Origin: Octopus vulgaris
Lineage: Eukaryota
Assembly: GCA_951406725.2 (NCBI GenBank)
Contig: OX597826.1
Coordinates: 82,832,001-82,896,000, forward strand
Direction: 5' to 3'
Length of the DNA stretch: 64,000 nucleotides
Part shown: positions 12,363-25,725 of the stretch, piece by piece
Numbering within the stretch: position 1 is the first letter of the stretch
Layout: each line of letters starts with the position of its first letter
Notes under the pieces: model-generated
Databases searched by the model: none
Seen by the model: the letters and a program-made list of their open reading frames with translations, nothing else
Told to the model about the DNA's origin: nothing
Made by a program: the position numbers and the translations under genes

Positions 12363-13270
12363 TCCCAAGAGACGGCGACACGAACGAAGTGGGTGTTTTC
12401 ACACCTTTCTACCACAAGAGTGTAACTGCAGTGCATTTGCCTTTAGCAGTTGAAATATGTGACAAGCAGATTTCAACTAACCTAAATTGTGATTATACGT
12501 AAACACTGCTTTGTGCCATTACTACGATATATATGTGTGTGTGTTTGTGTGCGTGTGTTTGTATGTGTGTGTGTGTGCGTGTTTGTGCGTGTTTGTGTGT
12601 GTGTGTGTTTGTGTGTGTGTGTACTAAGAGGAAGAGAGAGCGAACCATATTAAACCAGATATTTCAGAGACACGTCAAAACGTCAATTAGCGCTGGCTGC
12701 TGTTGTTATAATTTTTATTGTTAGTATTGTGCCGCCCTACCATTTCCTGTATTATACCCAGTGTTTAGTCATTTCAAACATATTTTTCAAAGAATATAAT
12801 ATTTCACAGAAATGTGTGATTCTTTCCGTAAACCTGAAATTTCTATTTAATAAAATTCACAAAATACAATTATATTTTACAGAGGTATCTGATGCTGACA
12901 TAATTTCTGTAAAAATATTTCTGCTTCTCGCGCACGCCTTATATATTACTAACACCGAATACATATTTTCAATATCACCATTTACGAACGGTTAATATGT
13001 ACACTTCCCTCTGTTTATACACACACACACACACACACACACGTGCACATATACACATGTATATGTATGCGTGTGTTTGTAGATTTGTATACGTGTGTGC
13101 ATAAATATATCTATTTATTGATTGCTTGGTTGCTCTCTGTGAGATATATAGATAGAGAAGCAGAAAGGAGAAGAGAGAAACAGAAAGAGAGTGAGAGAGA
13201 GGGAGAGTGAGATAGTGAGAGAGAGAAACAGAGAAAGAAAGAGAGAGAGAGAGGGAGAGAGAGAGAGAGA

Positions 13271-13408
13271 GAAGGATTTCCATCAGACAGGTTCTAACAA
13301 GACAGTTGCAGCGGAAGTCACTTGCGTAAGGTGCCACGCGGTGCGAGTGAACCCAAAACTACGTGATTGCGAAGCGAAATTATTAACAGCACAAAGATCT
13401 TTGCGCCT
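13271..13408 (-). mobile_element. SINE family B head, degenerate
   Basis: gaagtcacttgcgtaaggtgccacgcggtgcgagtgaaccc...tgcgcct. Confidence 0.7.
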
Positions 13409-14026
13409 CTCCCTATACGCGCGTGTGTGTATGTGTGTGTGTCTGTGTGTGTGCGTGTGTGCATTTATTTATGCATATTTACTTGTATTCGTGCGAGTGT
13501 GTGTCCGTCTGTGTGTGCGTGTAAAGCAATATACGTCTGCGTCAAAACCTGCTAGTTTCCAATTATTTTAGTGAATTAGTTTCAGCAATAATCTCTTCTC
13601 TAATCTAAAATATATTTGTTACATATTGCATTAGTAAGGGAACAATTATACATGCAGATGATAACGGTAACGGCATCCAACTGTGTTGTACACCGAGTCA
13701 TGATACAGTATTTGACGTCAGTATAGAATCTAGTAAATCCTTTACAAATATAAGCTACAGAGATAAGATAATACAGAAAGGCTGCCAATGGGCTTCGACA
13801 TAACATTGAACAGCTTCAGCGTCACAGACATTGCGCCTTGTAATAGGAAACGCGTAAACATTAGTCTTTCTATAAGAATTGAAGAGAGCGATCTGTTTCT
13901 GCGCTCGAAACTAAGCATGCGTTTATGAACGTATATTTGTGAAAGATATATGTCCATGCTGGCGTGTGTGTGCGCAAATATGCTTGTGTGTGCGGGTAGA
14001 AATTCAAAGTACATTTGAATACGTAC

Positions 14027-14113
<87 letters not shown>

Positions 14114-14205
14114 AAGCATGGTAATAGGACAAACATTAAATAAGGGTCAACGACTTTACATACAGCATCACCCCTCAAACACGCATATATATATATATAA
14201 GTGTT

Positions 14206-14372
14206 AAGGCGGCGAGCTGGAGCAATCGTTTCCACGCCGTGCAAAATGCTTAGCGACATTTCGTCCATATTTCTGTTTTGAGCGCAAATGCCCCCAATGT
14301 CGACTTCTGTTCTTTCAAGGCCGTTAAAAATAAGTACCAGTTGAACAGTGTGATCGATTTCATTGATTTAAC
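14206..14372 (+). mobile_element. SINE family A
   Basis: aggcggcgagctgg..aaaatgcttagcgacatttcgtc..aataagtaccag. Confidence 0.8.
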
Positions 14373-15146
14373 CTGAAATACGGTAAGGATACGAGGTTAT
14401 TGAAAGTGAAGGGCCACTTCCGGTTTCTGGGTGTAGTGAAAGAAGGCAAAACGCTCCGAACAAGTGTTATATCGAGTTATGCCCCTTGGTCCCAAAGATG
14501 TCCTTCCTGAAAATGTCAGGATAGGGTCTGATTTGTGTGTGGATAGTTATTACGGCCAAACCTTTATTCGAAAAACTAGATGTGAGCTATCAGCTGTAAT
14601 AAACGTACATAACTCCTTGGCATTGAGTGTACGTTTTGAATTTTCTCGTCTCTACGTACGCCACACAAACACATTTCCGCATTACCATTCACACTGAATG
14701 CATTCTCTAACATCCTTTCAGTGTTATGATGCATACGCGATAGAAGTGGATTATTTTCTTGTATATTTTTACATTGCAAGAGTACTTAGATCAATAAAAA
14801 AAACTCACACTTTTACAATCTCAGAAGCGTGATGTTCTTTTTTCTGCCATCGTTATTAATTTTGCTTCCATTTACTCAGGAGATTTCAAAGAGAATATCA
14901 TTAATGAAAAATATGGCAGTATCACTAGCGCAGCTGACAAGATACCGTCATATATTTATACTCTTTCTTTTACCTTCTGAATTCCCTTTTCGCTGAGGTC
15001 AATTTTATTATCTATATTCCGGAGCTGTTAAAATTAAATTACGTTAGTCTAATTGACTAATCTTTTCCACCCTCTTCCGGCCCCATGCCGCTTCTGGAAA
15101 TAGTAGTAAGTCATACTCTTCAATCCATCGGTTAAACATTCCACGT

Positions 15147-15233
15147 AATAGTTATTAATATCGTTTATTAGTATAAATAGTTATTAATATCGTTTATTAG
15201 TATAAATAGTTATTAATATCGTTTATTAGTATA
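15147..15233. repeat. Perfect 3 x 29-bp tandem repeat (aatagttattaatatcgtttattagtata)
   Basis: Three head-to-tail identical copies without spacers. Confidence 0.95.
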
Positions 15234-16597
15234 GATGATCAATACGATGATCCCTGAAAATTTGATTTTGTAACATTTACTTGAAAGTAAAGTAAAATTT
15301 TCCTGAACATTTAAACGTCTACATAATTACCTTGGCTAGAAACGCGGGTTCACAATTAGAATTTCTTATTGAATACACTTTATTTACGAACTTCAGTTTC
15401 GGGGTTTTTTTACGACTGGTTCAGTGTGGATGTATTCTGAATAAGATGGAGAAGGTGTTATCTACAAAAGTGCCATCGGTAAATACCACACTGTAATCTT
15501 CGAAACAGAAAAGCTGATAATGAAACAAAATTAGGTTTCAAATATTGAGAGACAATGTTACAATCGTAAACGTAAGGAATATGAAAAGTCACCACAATCA
15601 GTCACAGAAAAAAGGAATTTTGGTAGCATTCTTTGCCATAAGGAAATAGCGAACATCGGCAAACTTCAGGGAAAAGAAGTGCCTAATAGATAAGTCAAAA
15701 TAGAGAGTTCTTCCTCTCTGAAGCAGTTATGCCGAAAAAAAAATAAGAAAAAGCAGGAAGAAATTCGACTATGATTGATTTCAAGGAAAGGAACAAGAAT
15801 TCGATATGATTTTGACGGTGCGAAAGAAAGTAGCATTGAGCTTGCAGATATTGGAGAATGTCGTATTCGCTGTATTATAGGGGTGCTAAGTTGTTTTTGA
15901 TACAGGAAAGAAATGTTAATCTACTTATCTTCTAGCACTGCTTCACAAGCGGTATTGGTGTGTGTTTACGTCACTGTAACTTAGCAGCTTGTTAAAAGAG
16001 ACTGACAAATAAGTAAAAACGTTAGAAAAGTACTGGGTCGTTTCGTTGGACTAAGAATCCTTCAATATAAAATGTAAACGGTATATATAAATAAAATTAT
16101 TACACTTTTCGCTGTCCATCTACCACCACGGATCAGAACAAGTTGTTGCAGCAAAAATATTGCTTCCCTTCCCACGTGAGAAAGTGGTATGACGCAGCCA
16201 TTATAAAGTCAGACAGTCAGTCGTTGTAGGAAGTCAATAGCAGTAGAGTCATTGTACGAATTCTCAGTTGGAGTCAGTGCCAGTTACGTGTTATATATGA
16301 GTTCGAGTTACCGTCAAGGTAGACGCTTCAAAGTCATTGTTTTGCGGAGCTATCAGAGATAGCACGATAGACGAGTCAAAGATAATAAGAGGCGGAATAC
16401 CGCCACAACATAATGGTGGTGACAAGAATATTACAGTGCCGACAACGACATATAAGTGGATCCACATTATAACAAACTTATTTACCAACTGAGATTACTT
16501 TTGTTCCGTTTTAGTTCAGCTACATATTTATTTGTATATCTGCAAATACATCTTTTTGTCTGTATATGTACTGATGTATCTGTTAACGCACCTACAT

Positions 16598-16618
16598 ACC
16601 TATCTATCTATCTATCTT

Positions 16619-16684
<66 letters not shown>

Positions 16685-16859
16685 CATCTATCCATCTATC
16701 TATATATCTATCCATCTATCCATCTATCTATATATCTATCTATCCATCTATCCATCTATCTATATATCTATCCATCTATCCATCTATCTATCTATCTGTC
16801 TGTCTATCTATCTATATATCTATCTATCCATCTTTCTATCTATCTATCTAGCTGTCTGC

Positions 16860-16912
<53 letters not shown>

Positions 16913-16995
16913 CATCTTTCTATCTATCTCGATCTATCCATCTATCTATCCGTCTCTCTGACTGACTGCCTGCCTGTCTGTCTGCCTGTCTATCT
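16598..16995. repeat. (TATC)n/(CATC)n tetranucleotide satellite
   Basis: Direct inspection. Confidence 0.97.
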
Positions 16996-17348
16996 AATTC
17001 TATATCACCCACTACTTTCCTCCTTGCTCTCATTATACCTGTAGGCATTTCACTCTAATAACAACAAAACAAAATGAATAATGGTGGAGTCCCAACATGG
17101 CCACAGCTTTTCAGTTGGAACACTTAAAACACAAAAGTATAACATACGCAGGCATTTGCTAGCTAAGGTTATTTCACTTCCGTTTGACTATTGACCGACG
17201 TATCTTTTAATTATAAATTTATAGATCTTCATGACATTATTTCATGATTTTAAACATTTCGACTATGTCTGCGAATTGAATACATAAATGCAGAATAATA
17301 TAGACTTGCTTCCTCTCTTTCTCTCACTCTCTCGCATTCTCTCTGTTT

Positions 17349-17415
<67 letters not shown>

Positions 17416-19815
17416 TCTCGTATTTTCTCTTGGTATTTCCTTCATTGATTCCACTATTTCCGTCGTGTCTCTCTATCTCTCCCTTACTCCCTTTTGTATT
17501 CATACATCTTTTTCCATTTCGGTAGTTACCTCCCTTGGCGTATGTGTAATACACGGACAAAATTTGACGAACTCCAGGAATGCCTGGAATATCATTATAA
17601 TGAACTGTACTTTGTATCAACAGACATAAGTAGAGAAAATCATAGTTGAATTAGAGAAACAGCAACCTAGTCAATTTCTAAACGACGTAAATTTCAATTG
17701 GAAAGGCTACTAAAATTTGAAGTACGTGGGCTACTAATCTCATAAATATATAATAGTCTTGCGAAATATAACATGAACTAACAAAGCCTGCGTAGGAGGC
17801 AAATTTACTGGCAAAATGAAATAGATTTTACGTTTTAAAATCAAACCAGCTTGGATCGCCTAGAGTCCGATCGATCCTTTCCAAGATTCCCTCAATACTT
17901 CACTAAGCATTGAAGTGATGATATTGACATTTTAAACCGCATTGTAAAAACACTCTTTGAATGCATTGAAACTCAAAAAAAGTATGAAACAAAATCGATG
18001 ACAAACCATTTCATGAAGCATTGAATCTAATGAAAAAAACGCTGAAACTCAATTCAGCTTAAGACAAAATAAATGTATCGGCACTGAATAAACAGATATG
18101 TTGTATATAAGGAGAAGTCTTATGAAAACACAATATGAACGTGATTGAAATAAGTAAACAAAGGAAAGGATTTAAAAATGCCAGAAAAGAAATAAGCAAA
18201 TAGGAAACCATACTGAGAGCATTAAACAATGAAATCGTCAATGAATGGCGAAACTGGAATGTAGTGAAGAAAAGTAGCTTCGACAAAATCTTCGTCACCA
18301 GCACAACGATATCGTAAGATATATCATAGGAACCACAACGGCAAAGTTTGTTCCATAACTTTTGCTATTTGTACAACTTGGGACTAAGAGAGGAATGCTC
18401 GTAGCTGGGAAATTCTAGGTCGTTGAGCAGGTTGCCTTACTTCCATGCCACCACAGGCAACACGCATTCACGCTTCCAATTCTACAGGGTGCGAGAACGC
18501 GTTAAGAAACTCTTACCTTATTTCTCTGGAAGGATATATTCTCCGTCCTTCTGACTCTTTGTCAGTGTTTCTGCAAGCATTTCTTTACATATATGTTTTA
18601 ATCTATTGAACCACGAAAATTTCCATTCCATCGGCATATTTTGTCTCCACTGTGCCGTATGTTTCTCGAATCTGTTTTCAGAATCTCAATATGAGTTGGC
18701 ATGTTATGTGGTGAGTTCATGCATAATGTTCGTGTGCTGCTATTCTGTTGATACTTTACTGTTTGTGGATACGGTTTTGTAATCGATGAATATTTTCATC
18801 TGATTGGTTTTTTGGACTCTGTTCGGGATGTCGGCGAGTGTGTAAATTGGGTTGCGCTCGTGTTTGTTACGGTATTGTAGTATTATGGTGTTTGTGGAGT
18901 CTGTTGTGCTGGTGGTGTCTCTGGCATTAGTAGTGGTGGTCGTAGTGACTCGTTAGGGGTGGAAAGCCTTTAAATGGATCACAACTGTCCGTATGTTGCA
19001 CATTGACATTTTCCCTCCACTTTTAGGAACAGACAGGTGCCATCTGGATGTGTTAAGCGTTATCCATTCTCCATTTTTTGTTTTAAAATATCTCTGGTCA
19101 GTTTCTTCGTGGTTTAGAGAGAATTTATAGAGATTTCCTGCAGATGTTTGCATCCACCAGGCTGTGCTCATTGTCGTGAGCGCCCTCGTTACATTTCGAA
19201 GCTTTTCTCATGTTAATCCTAGTAGTCGAGTTGATGTTGATTTTTCTTTTCATATGTTGAAAAATTATACTTGTTGATGAGGTGGAGAAGAAGGAATTTT
19301 GTTTTTCTTTTCTCTCTCCCTTCAAATTGCTGATGTTGTTTGTTGTATTTATTGGTAATTGTTGCAGAAGTCTCAATGTTGGTGGCATTGCCCTTGATTT
19401 CGCCTGTTTCTTACGCTCTCGTGTGTTGGAGTAAAATTTATTGTTTTCGTAACTGTTTCTGCCCTTCGTAGCGTCGAAGTAACAGTGTTTTACCCTTTCA
19501 ACCTTTGGACTGTCAATAAGGGAAATATTTCTTCCTGTACCTAGCTTTCCGAGGTACCTCTCGCCTCATTCTCTGTCTGTCTCTCCCTCTCTTCCCCCTC
19601 TCTCTCTGGTTGGGGAAATCGATGCCATGTTTGTTTTTTTTAAGATATTTTACAAATATTTTTCTCGAAGCTTACTGAAAGGGGCAAGAAAAAAAAGAAA
19701 CACGATTCTGTGGGTTTCTGATGGACTTAAAACGAGTAAAACGAATAAAATTTCAACAACTAGAAATTATTGAAACTATAGAAATCACTTAACATTGATG
19801 TACGAAAGTCTAGGC

Positions 19816-19829
19816 AATAATAATAACAA

Positions 19830-19884
<55 letters not shown>

Positions 19885-19953
19885 AATAATAATAATAACA
19901 AAAACAATAATAATAATAACAAAAACAATAATAATAATAATAATAACAAAAAC

Positions 19954-19995
<42 letters not shown>

Positions 19996-20040
19996 AACAA
20001 CAACAACAACAGCAATAATAATAATAATAATAACAAAAAC

Positions 20041-20079
<39 letters not shown>

Positions 20080-20082
20080 AAC

Positions 20083-20118
<36 letters not shown>

Positions 20119-20169
20119 AACAACAACAACAACAGCAATAATAATAATAATAATAATAACAAAAACAAC

Positions 20170-20213
<44 letters not shown>

Positions 20214-20334
20214 TAATAATAATAATAACAAAAACAATAATAATAATAATAATAATAATAACAAAAACAATAATAATAATAATAATAATAACAACAACAA
20301 CAATAATAATAATAATAATAACAACAACAACACC

Positions 20335-20366
<32 letters not shown>
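19816..20366. repeat. (AAT)n/(AAC)n tract punctuated by recurring aacaaaaac units
   Basis: Direct inspection; source of the poly-N/L/Y ORFs. Confidence 0.97.
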
Positions 20367-20367
<1 letters not shown>

Positions 20368-21496
20368 CGATGCTGCACCAACTGCAGAAGAAGTTGAAGA
20401 ATGTTGGAAAGTAATAAGTTTGATGAAGGAACAACCTCAGAAAAAGTTCTATCAAAACAACGAACACAGCCCCTGAACAACTCTGGACCTCTATAACAAC
20501 TGAAGATGTCAACCAGGCACTGCAAGAAATTAAGCAGCTGGAAGGTACACGGGCACGAAAATACTTAGGAGGAACACATAAAAAGCATAGAAATTTAATG
20601 AAATACTTGTAGAGCCAGAGACAATACCTGAATGGCTCATGAAAGGGGGAACTATCCTAATTACCAAATCCACTGAAACAGCAAACCGACAAAATTACAG
20701 ACCAGTAATTTCTCTCTCTACAATTCTCAAAGCCTTTACTGTAATAATACCGCAGAGAATGACCAAGCATCAGGAAGAAAACAAGTTGTTTCCAGAAGAG
20801 AAGAAGGGATACTGCATGGGCTCATACGGAATAGGAATATTTCAGGGAGACACGCTCTCTCAAATCCTTTTCTGCTTGGTACTGACACATTTATCTGACA
20901 TGCTAAAGAGAACTGGATGTGGATGCAACTGTTATGGCGACACGATCAGACACCCCTTATATATGGATGATCGAAAGCTGTACGCTACAAATGATAGACA
21001 GATGGAAGCATTACCACAGACAGTACTTGGATTTACCAAAAAAATAAACATGATTTTCTCTTAGTAAAATGTGCCAAAGCAACCTTGAAAAGAGAAAAAC
21101 TAGTTAAGAGTAACAAGTTCACACTAGAAAGCGTAAATAGAATAAGAGAAATATACCAAATCCAGAAATACAAATACCTAGGAATCAATGAACAAGAAAC
21201 GATACGACACACACAAATGAAAACTAGAAAACTATTGCAAAATAACCACCATAGGACTTCAGAAATACCTACTTCAGAAGCAAAGAAAACTAATACAAAT
21301 AGCCACAGAGAACGAGGACTAACAAATATATATAACATACAGAAAATAGCACTACTAGGCACCGCATACATCCTACGTATAAAACACTTTCAATACAGTG
21401 AAAATAAGAGCATCACAACAAACCACAGCACATACCCAAAGCACACAGAACTGCACTCGGTAGCGCAGTGAAGACACCTGTTGAAAATAAGACTGA
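20367..21496 (+). mobile_element. R4/Dong-like LINE, internally deleted RT through 3' UTR
   Basis: NYRPVISLSTILK, GIFQGDTLS, LYMDDRKLY, KYKYLGI, IQKIALLGTAYILR; ends in (TGA)n. Confidence 0.92.
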
Positions 21497-21519
21497 ATGA
21501 TGATGATGATGATGATGAT

Positions 21520-21780
21520 GATGAAGGTGAAGATAGTGCCAATTATTTTTGCGTCCTTGGGAACAGTATCAGAAAGTATCAAGGGGAATATCAAGGAAAT
21601 TGGAATAGAGTGACCAGCAGAACTATTAGAAAAGGTCTGCCTCCTTGACACGGCCAGAATAATCAGCAAAGTATTAGATTGCTGAAAAGAGCGAATAGCA
21701 TGGTACTGTAGGCAGCAGGTAGTAAGCCCGCTACGCATGCAAGGCTCCTGGAGTTCCAACAAAACATGTGATAAAGAGAT
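21520..21780 (+). mobile_element. R4/Dong-like LINE extreme 3' end
   Basis: VKIVPII..LGTVS..LLEKVCLL.TARII; 3' UTR matches 8450-8560; followed by a TAA tract. Confidence 0.85.
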
Positions 21781-21814
21781 GATAATAATTATAATAATAA
21801 TAATGATAATAATA

Positions 21815-22490
21815 GGTGAGATACCTAATGCAGAAGACGGTAGAAAGTTCTGGAGTAATATTTGTAATAACTGAGTCAATCAAAATGGAGACGCTGTATG
21901 GTTAAAGAAAGTGAGGAAAGAAGTAGAGAAAAAGAAGCAGCCAGATCTAAGACTAACTGGTGTACTAATGAGTAAAGTGTTAGGAAAAATGGCGAATTGG
22001 AAGGGCCCAGGACCAGATTTGTTTCAAGGGTATTGGCTAAAGAAATTTAGTATGAAGAGACACCTATCAGTATAAATGAAGACATGACAGAGTTGGCTAA
22101 TATCTACACTTGTTAATATGTCGGCATTATAAAAAAAAACTGCTGACAAATGGTATAAGCACCATCATGAGGCTGTTACTGAAGGAGAAAATGTAACGAT
22201 TCTTGGAACTTTGCACTACATACAGACCGGACGATCAAAGCTAAAAGACAAGATATTATTGTGAAAGACTAAAGCAATGAAGTTTATTGATTGACATGAT
22301 CAGTATCTTGGCGAAACAATTTGATTAGCTCAGAAAATATCAAGATTCGCTGATTGAAATCGTAAAAATGTGGCATTTCAAGACGGTTACAATACCTCTA
22401 ATTGTAGGAATACATGGAATTATCAAAGAACAGATGAAAAGCAAAGCCGCGGAGTTACCGCGGAGCAATTTTGCCCGGTGTGCTAACCAT
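21815..22490 (+). mobile_element. Two further R4/Dong-like fragments (pre-RT region; RLE region)
   Basis: FWSNI..NWKGPGPDLFQGYWLKKF (21815-22050); WYKHHHEAV..HTDRTIKAKRQDIIVKD..MWHFKTVTIPLIVG (22050-22490). Confidence 0.82.
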
Positions 22491-22717
22491 AGAAGAAGAA
22501 GAAGAAGAAGGAGAAGAAGAAGAAGAAGGAGAAGAAGAAGAAGAAAAAGAAGTAGAAGAAGAAGAAGAAGAAGAAGGAGAAGAAGAAGAAAAAGAAGTAG
22601 AAGAAGAAGAAGAAGAAGAAAAAGAAGTAGAAGAGGAAGAAGAAGAAGAAGTAGAAAAAGAAGTAGAAGAAGAAGAAGAAGAAGGAGAAGAAGAAGAAGT
22701 AGAAAGAGAAGAAGAAA
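22491..22717. repeat. (GAA)n microsatellite
   Basis: Direct inspection. Confidence 0.97.
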
Positions 22718-22847
22718 AATTAACAAGCATATAACGTGTCTGTATTGTGTTACTTGATAATTCATCCAAGCATTCTATAGCACAATGTAAAGAGTGTTGG
22801 ATAAACGGCAGAAGAAAGGAGAATATATTGATAGACATTTGCGCTCT
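22718..22847. repeat. 130-bp duplicate of 734-863
   Basis: 4 differences by eye. Confidence 0.92.
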
Positions 22848-23242
22848 AGAAAAATGTGCATAGTAGTTAGCCATGTATGTAATAAAGAATTTACCGTGGA
22901 TTGAAATTTTGTGGAAGATAAAGCTGGAACATGATATGAGAACTTGTACATGGAAGCTCATTTGAAGTTGTTTGCAATGCATGAGGCAGAATTAGCGATC
23001 TGGTCGATTCTGTGCGAATTTTTACAAATTCTTTCAAGATCGAGTTGAAACTCGTAAAATGTGCAGCAATAAGGAGGAGGACGAGGAGGCGGAAGAGTGC
23101 CAAGTGGTGAAATGATGGAAGCAATTTAACCTGAATCTGGATTTAAAATAACAAAGTACTTTTTAGGCAAATAGAATTAAACATGGTGATACTTAAGAAA
23201 AGACTAAGAAAGAGTATACACCCTTTCTTTGAAACCACAGTT

Positions 23243-23345
23243 ATCTATTTTATCCGCTCCGAAAAGATGAAAAACGAAGTCGACCTCACCAGAATTTGAA
23301 CTCAGAACCGCCAGGCGCGGTAACACTTCTGCCAGCTCATCACTT
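23243..23345 (-). mobile_element. SINE family A, internally deleted
   Basis: gaagtcgacctcaccagaatttgaactcagaac..ttctgccagctca. Confidence 0.75.
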
Positions 23346-24099
23346 TAATTACAACAATAATAAATAATAGCAAAAACAACACCAACAATAACGATAAAAA
23401 ATGAGACGAAGAATAAGATTAGAAAGTGAAAAAAGGATGAGGTGAAAAGTGGGGTAAAGATGCTTTCCCTATTTTCTCAGTTCATTTAAGATGGACTGAT
23501 AGATTGTGAACCAAATTTCAAATGAACTAACCCACTATGAGCACGAGGCGATGCCTGCCAGAATGACTCGTCTATATATATATGTGGTAGTATAGAATTA
23601 CTGAAGGATGTTGCAGAAATAGGAGAAAGACGTAGCATAGGTGAGCAGATAGTTGAACACTGGTAGGAGCTCAAGGAGGAGCTTGTCACTGCTAACATAC
23701 TCAATTGGAACACTGAGGCTGAATTAAAAACACAGATGTAAAATATCAACACAAAGAACTCACACAACACTCAGATTATGGAGACCACATACATGCTGGC
23801 AGATAGACCGAGCCTCAACAAATAACATAAATGGGAAACCACCATTCCACTCCTTCACACAATGCAACCCGACGACTAATGACAGAATGAGATGAAGGAA
23901 AAGACACCGATATAACCAGTATAATACAATAACCTATATGCAGACACACAAACACGCTCACGCACGCACGCGCACACACACACACACACACACACAGAGG
24001 CACACACGCGCATACACACACAAACACACATAGATACAGACGCAAACGCATGCATAGATATGGACACACCGCAGAAAGACAAAATTGAATATATGTATG

Positions 24100-25006
24100 T
24101 ACGTAGTCGTGTGTTCTGGGACTAGTTATGTTTAATAGAAAGTAACTTATTTATCCATATTTTAACATCATCTTCCTCGAAAAAGTCACCTTGTGCATGA
24201 AGACATCGGTACCAGTGTTCCAGCTTCTTTCGAATCCGGCCTGGAAGTTATTTTCCATAAGCGAGTCGAGGACCATGTGTGATTCGCTCTAGGTTTCAAC
24301 AACGGTGTTAAAGCGGTGACGTTTGAGCTTTATTTTCATTTTAGAAAAAAAGAGATAGAAGCCTGCAGGTGCTTAATCTGGCGAATAGGGCGGGTGCAGA
24401 AGCGAAACCATACTGTTTTTGGCGAGAAACTCACGAGTAGAGCTCGGTGACAAGGTGCATTGTCGTCGTGAAGAATCCATTTCTTCACGTTCCACAGATC
24501 CAGTCGCTTCGCCGAACGTCCTCTCTGGAAAGCTTCAAAACGTCGCAACAGAACTGTCGATCGATCGATCGTCTAGCCGTGGGGAACAAATTCTTAATGC
24601 ACAATATCACATTTGCAAGGGTGACGCTCGTGGCAGACCTTCCAGGTCGCATATCGTCATCCAGGGACGTTCTTCCCTTTTTAGTGCCCTCGTACCACTG
24701 TAAACATTACGTATGACCTCATCGCCGTAAGCTTGCCGAAACATGCTCAATGTCGCTCTAGCAGACTTCCCAAGTTTAGCAAAAAATTTCACGTTGGTTC
24801 TTTGTTCCTGTTCCTGACAAAATCGTAGACGAGAGCATACACGTGATCACAAAAACACAAATTTCACAACTTGCAAAGTAAACACAATGTCACTCAGCAC
24901 ACAGCCTCATGAAGGTCACTACTAGATCTCATTGCACATGCAATCATGTGTTGCCATCTGTTGGCACGCTACAGAACTAGTCCAGGAACCTTTTGATACC
25001 ACAATA
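24100..25006 (-). mobile_element. Mariner-family DNA transposon, deleted/degenerate
   Basis: KFFAKLGKSA..QAYGDE (HTH), WILHDDNAPCH, PYSPD*AP motifs on the minus strand; right TIR ctagtccaggaaccttttgataccac, partial left TIR ttctgggactag, TA at both ends. Confidence 0.9.
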
Positions 25007-25017
25007 TTATATGTATG

Positions 25018-25048
<31 letters not shown>

Positions 25049-25102
25049 TTCTATATATAATATATATATAATATATACATATATAATATATATATATATA
25101 AT

Positions 25103-25145
<43 letters not shown>

Positions 25146-25154
25146 TATATATAT

Positions 25155-25333
25155 AGGGAGAGTTTACGAAAAAAACAAAAGACGAAGACAGGTGGTGTAC
25201 AAAACAAGCAGATGTGTTAGTATAACGCTCAGTAATCGAAAAAGTCTTTTACGATTCGAGTCTACTCTGTTCTACCGAAAGGGACACAAAAAGAAAGAAG
25301 GAGAGAAAAAATGTGTGTAGTGGCTAACGATCT
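25155..25333 (-). mobile_element. Penelope-like pseudo-LTR relic, same family as 55134-55690
   Basis: Reverse strand cctttcggtagaacagagtagactcgaatcgtaaaagactttt matches the hammerhead block at 55151-55192. Confidence 0.65.
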
Positions 25334-25362
25334 ATGTATGTATGTATATATGTATGTATGTA

Positions 25363-25404
<42 letters not shown>

Positions 25405-25625
25405 TATATATATATATAATTTATATTTATACTGTGAAATTTGATTTAATCCTAAATCTAATTTTTCCCTGTAAGTTTGGATTTACTCCCTAATATTATT
25501 ATATATATATATATATATATACCGGAGTAAACACATAAATGTGAAACAAGGTGGAATAAAGAGTACTCAAATACCAGTGGTAGAGTAATATGCTTTATTT
25601 AAAGCAGCAGAAAATTCAACAAAAC

Positions 25626-25663
25626 CTGTTACTCTGAGTTTCCCGTTGCCGTTCATCGGACAG
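25626..25663 (-). ncRNA. Minimal type I hammerhead-like motif in a probable Penelope pLTR (about 25520-25675)
   Basis: ctgt-CCGATGA-acggcaacgg-GAAA-ctcagag-TA-acag; stem II damaged. Confidence 0.6.
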
Positions 25664-25672
25664 TTTTTGCTA

Positions 25673-25725
<53 letters not shown>

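Noticed and set aside
15147-15233. 29-bp repeats as a CRISPR array
   Set aside because: No spacers, eukaryotic context, no cas genes; a simple tandem triplication
17700-18320. Possible RTE-type RT relic (DDIDIL)
   Set aside because: Too degenerate to support from one short motif
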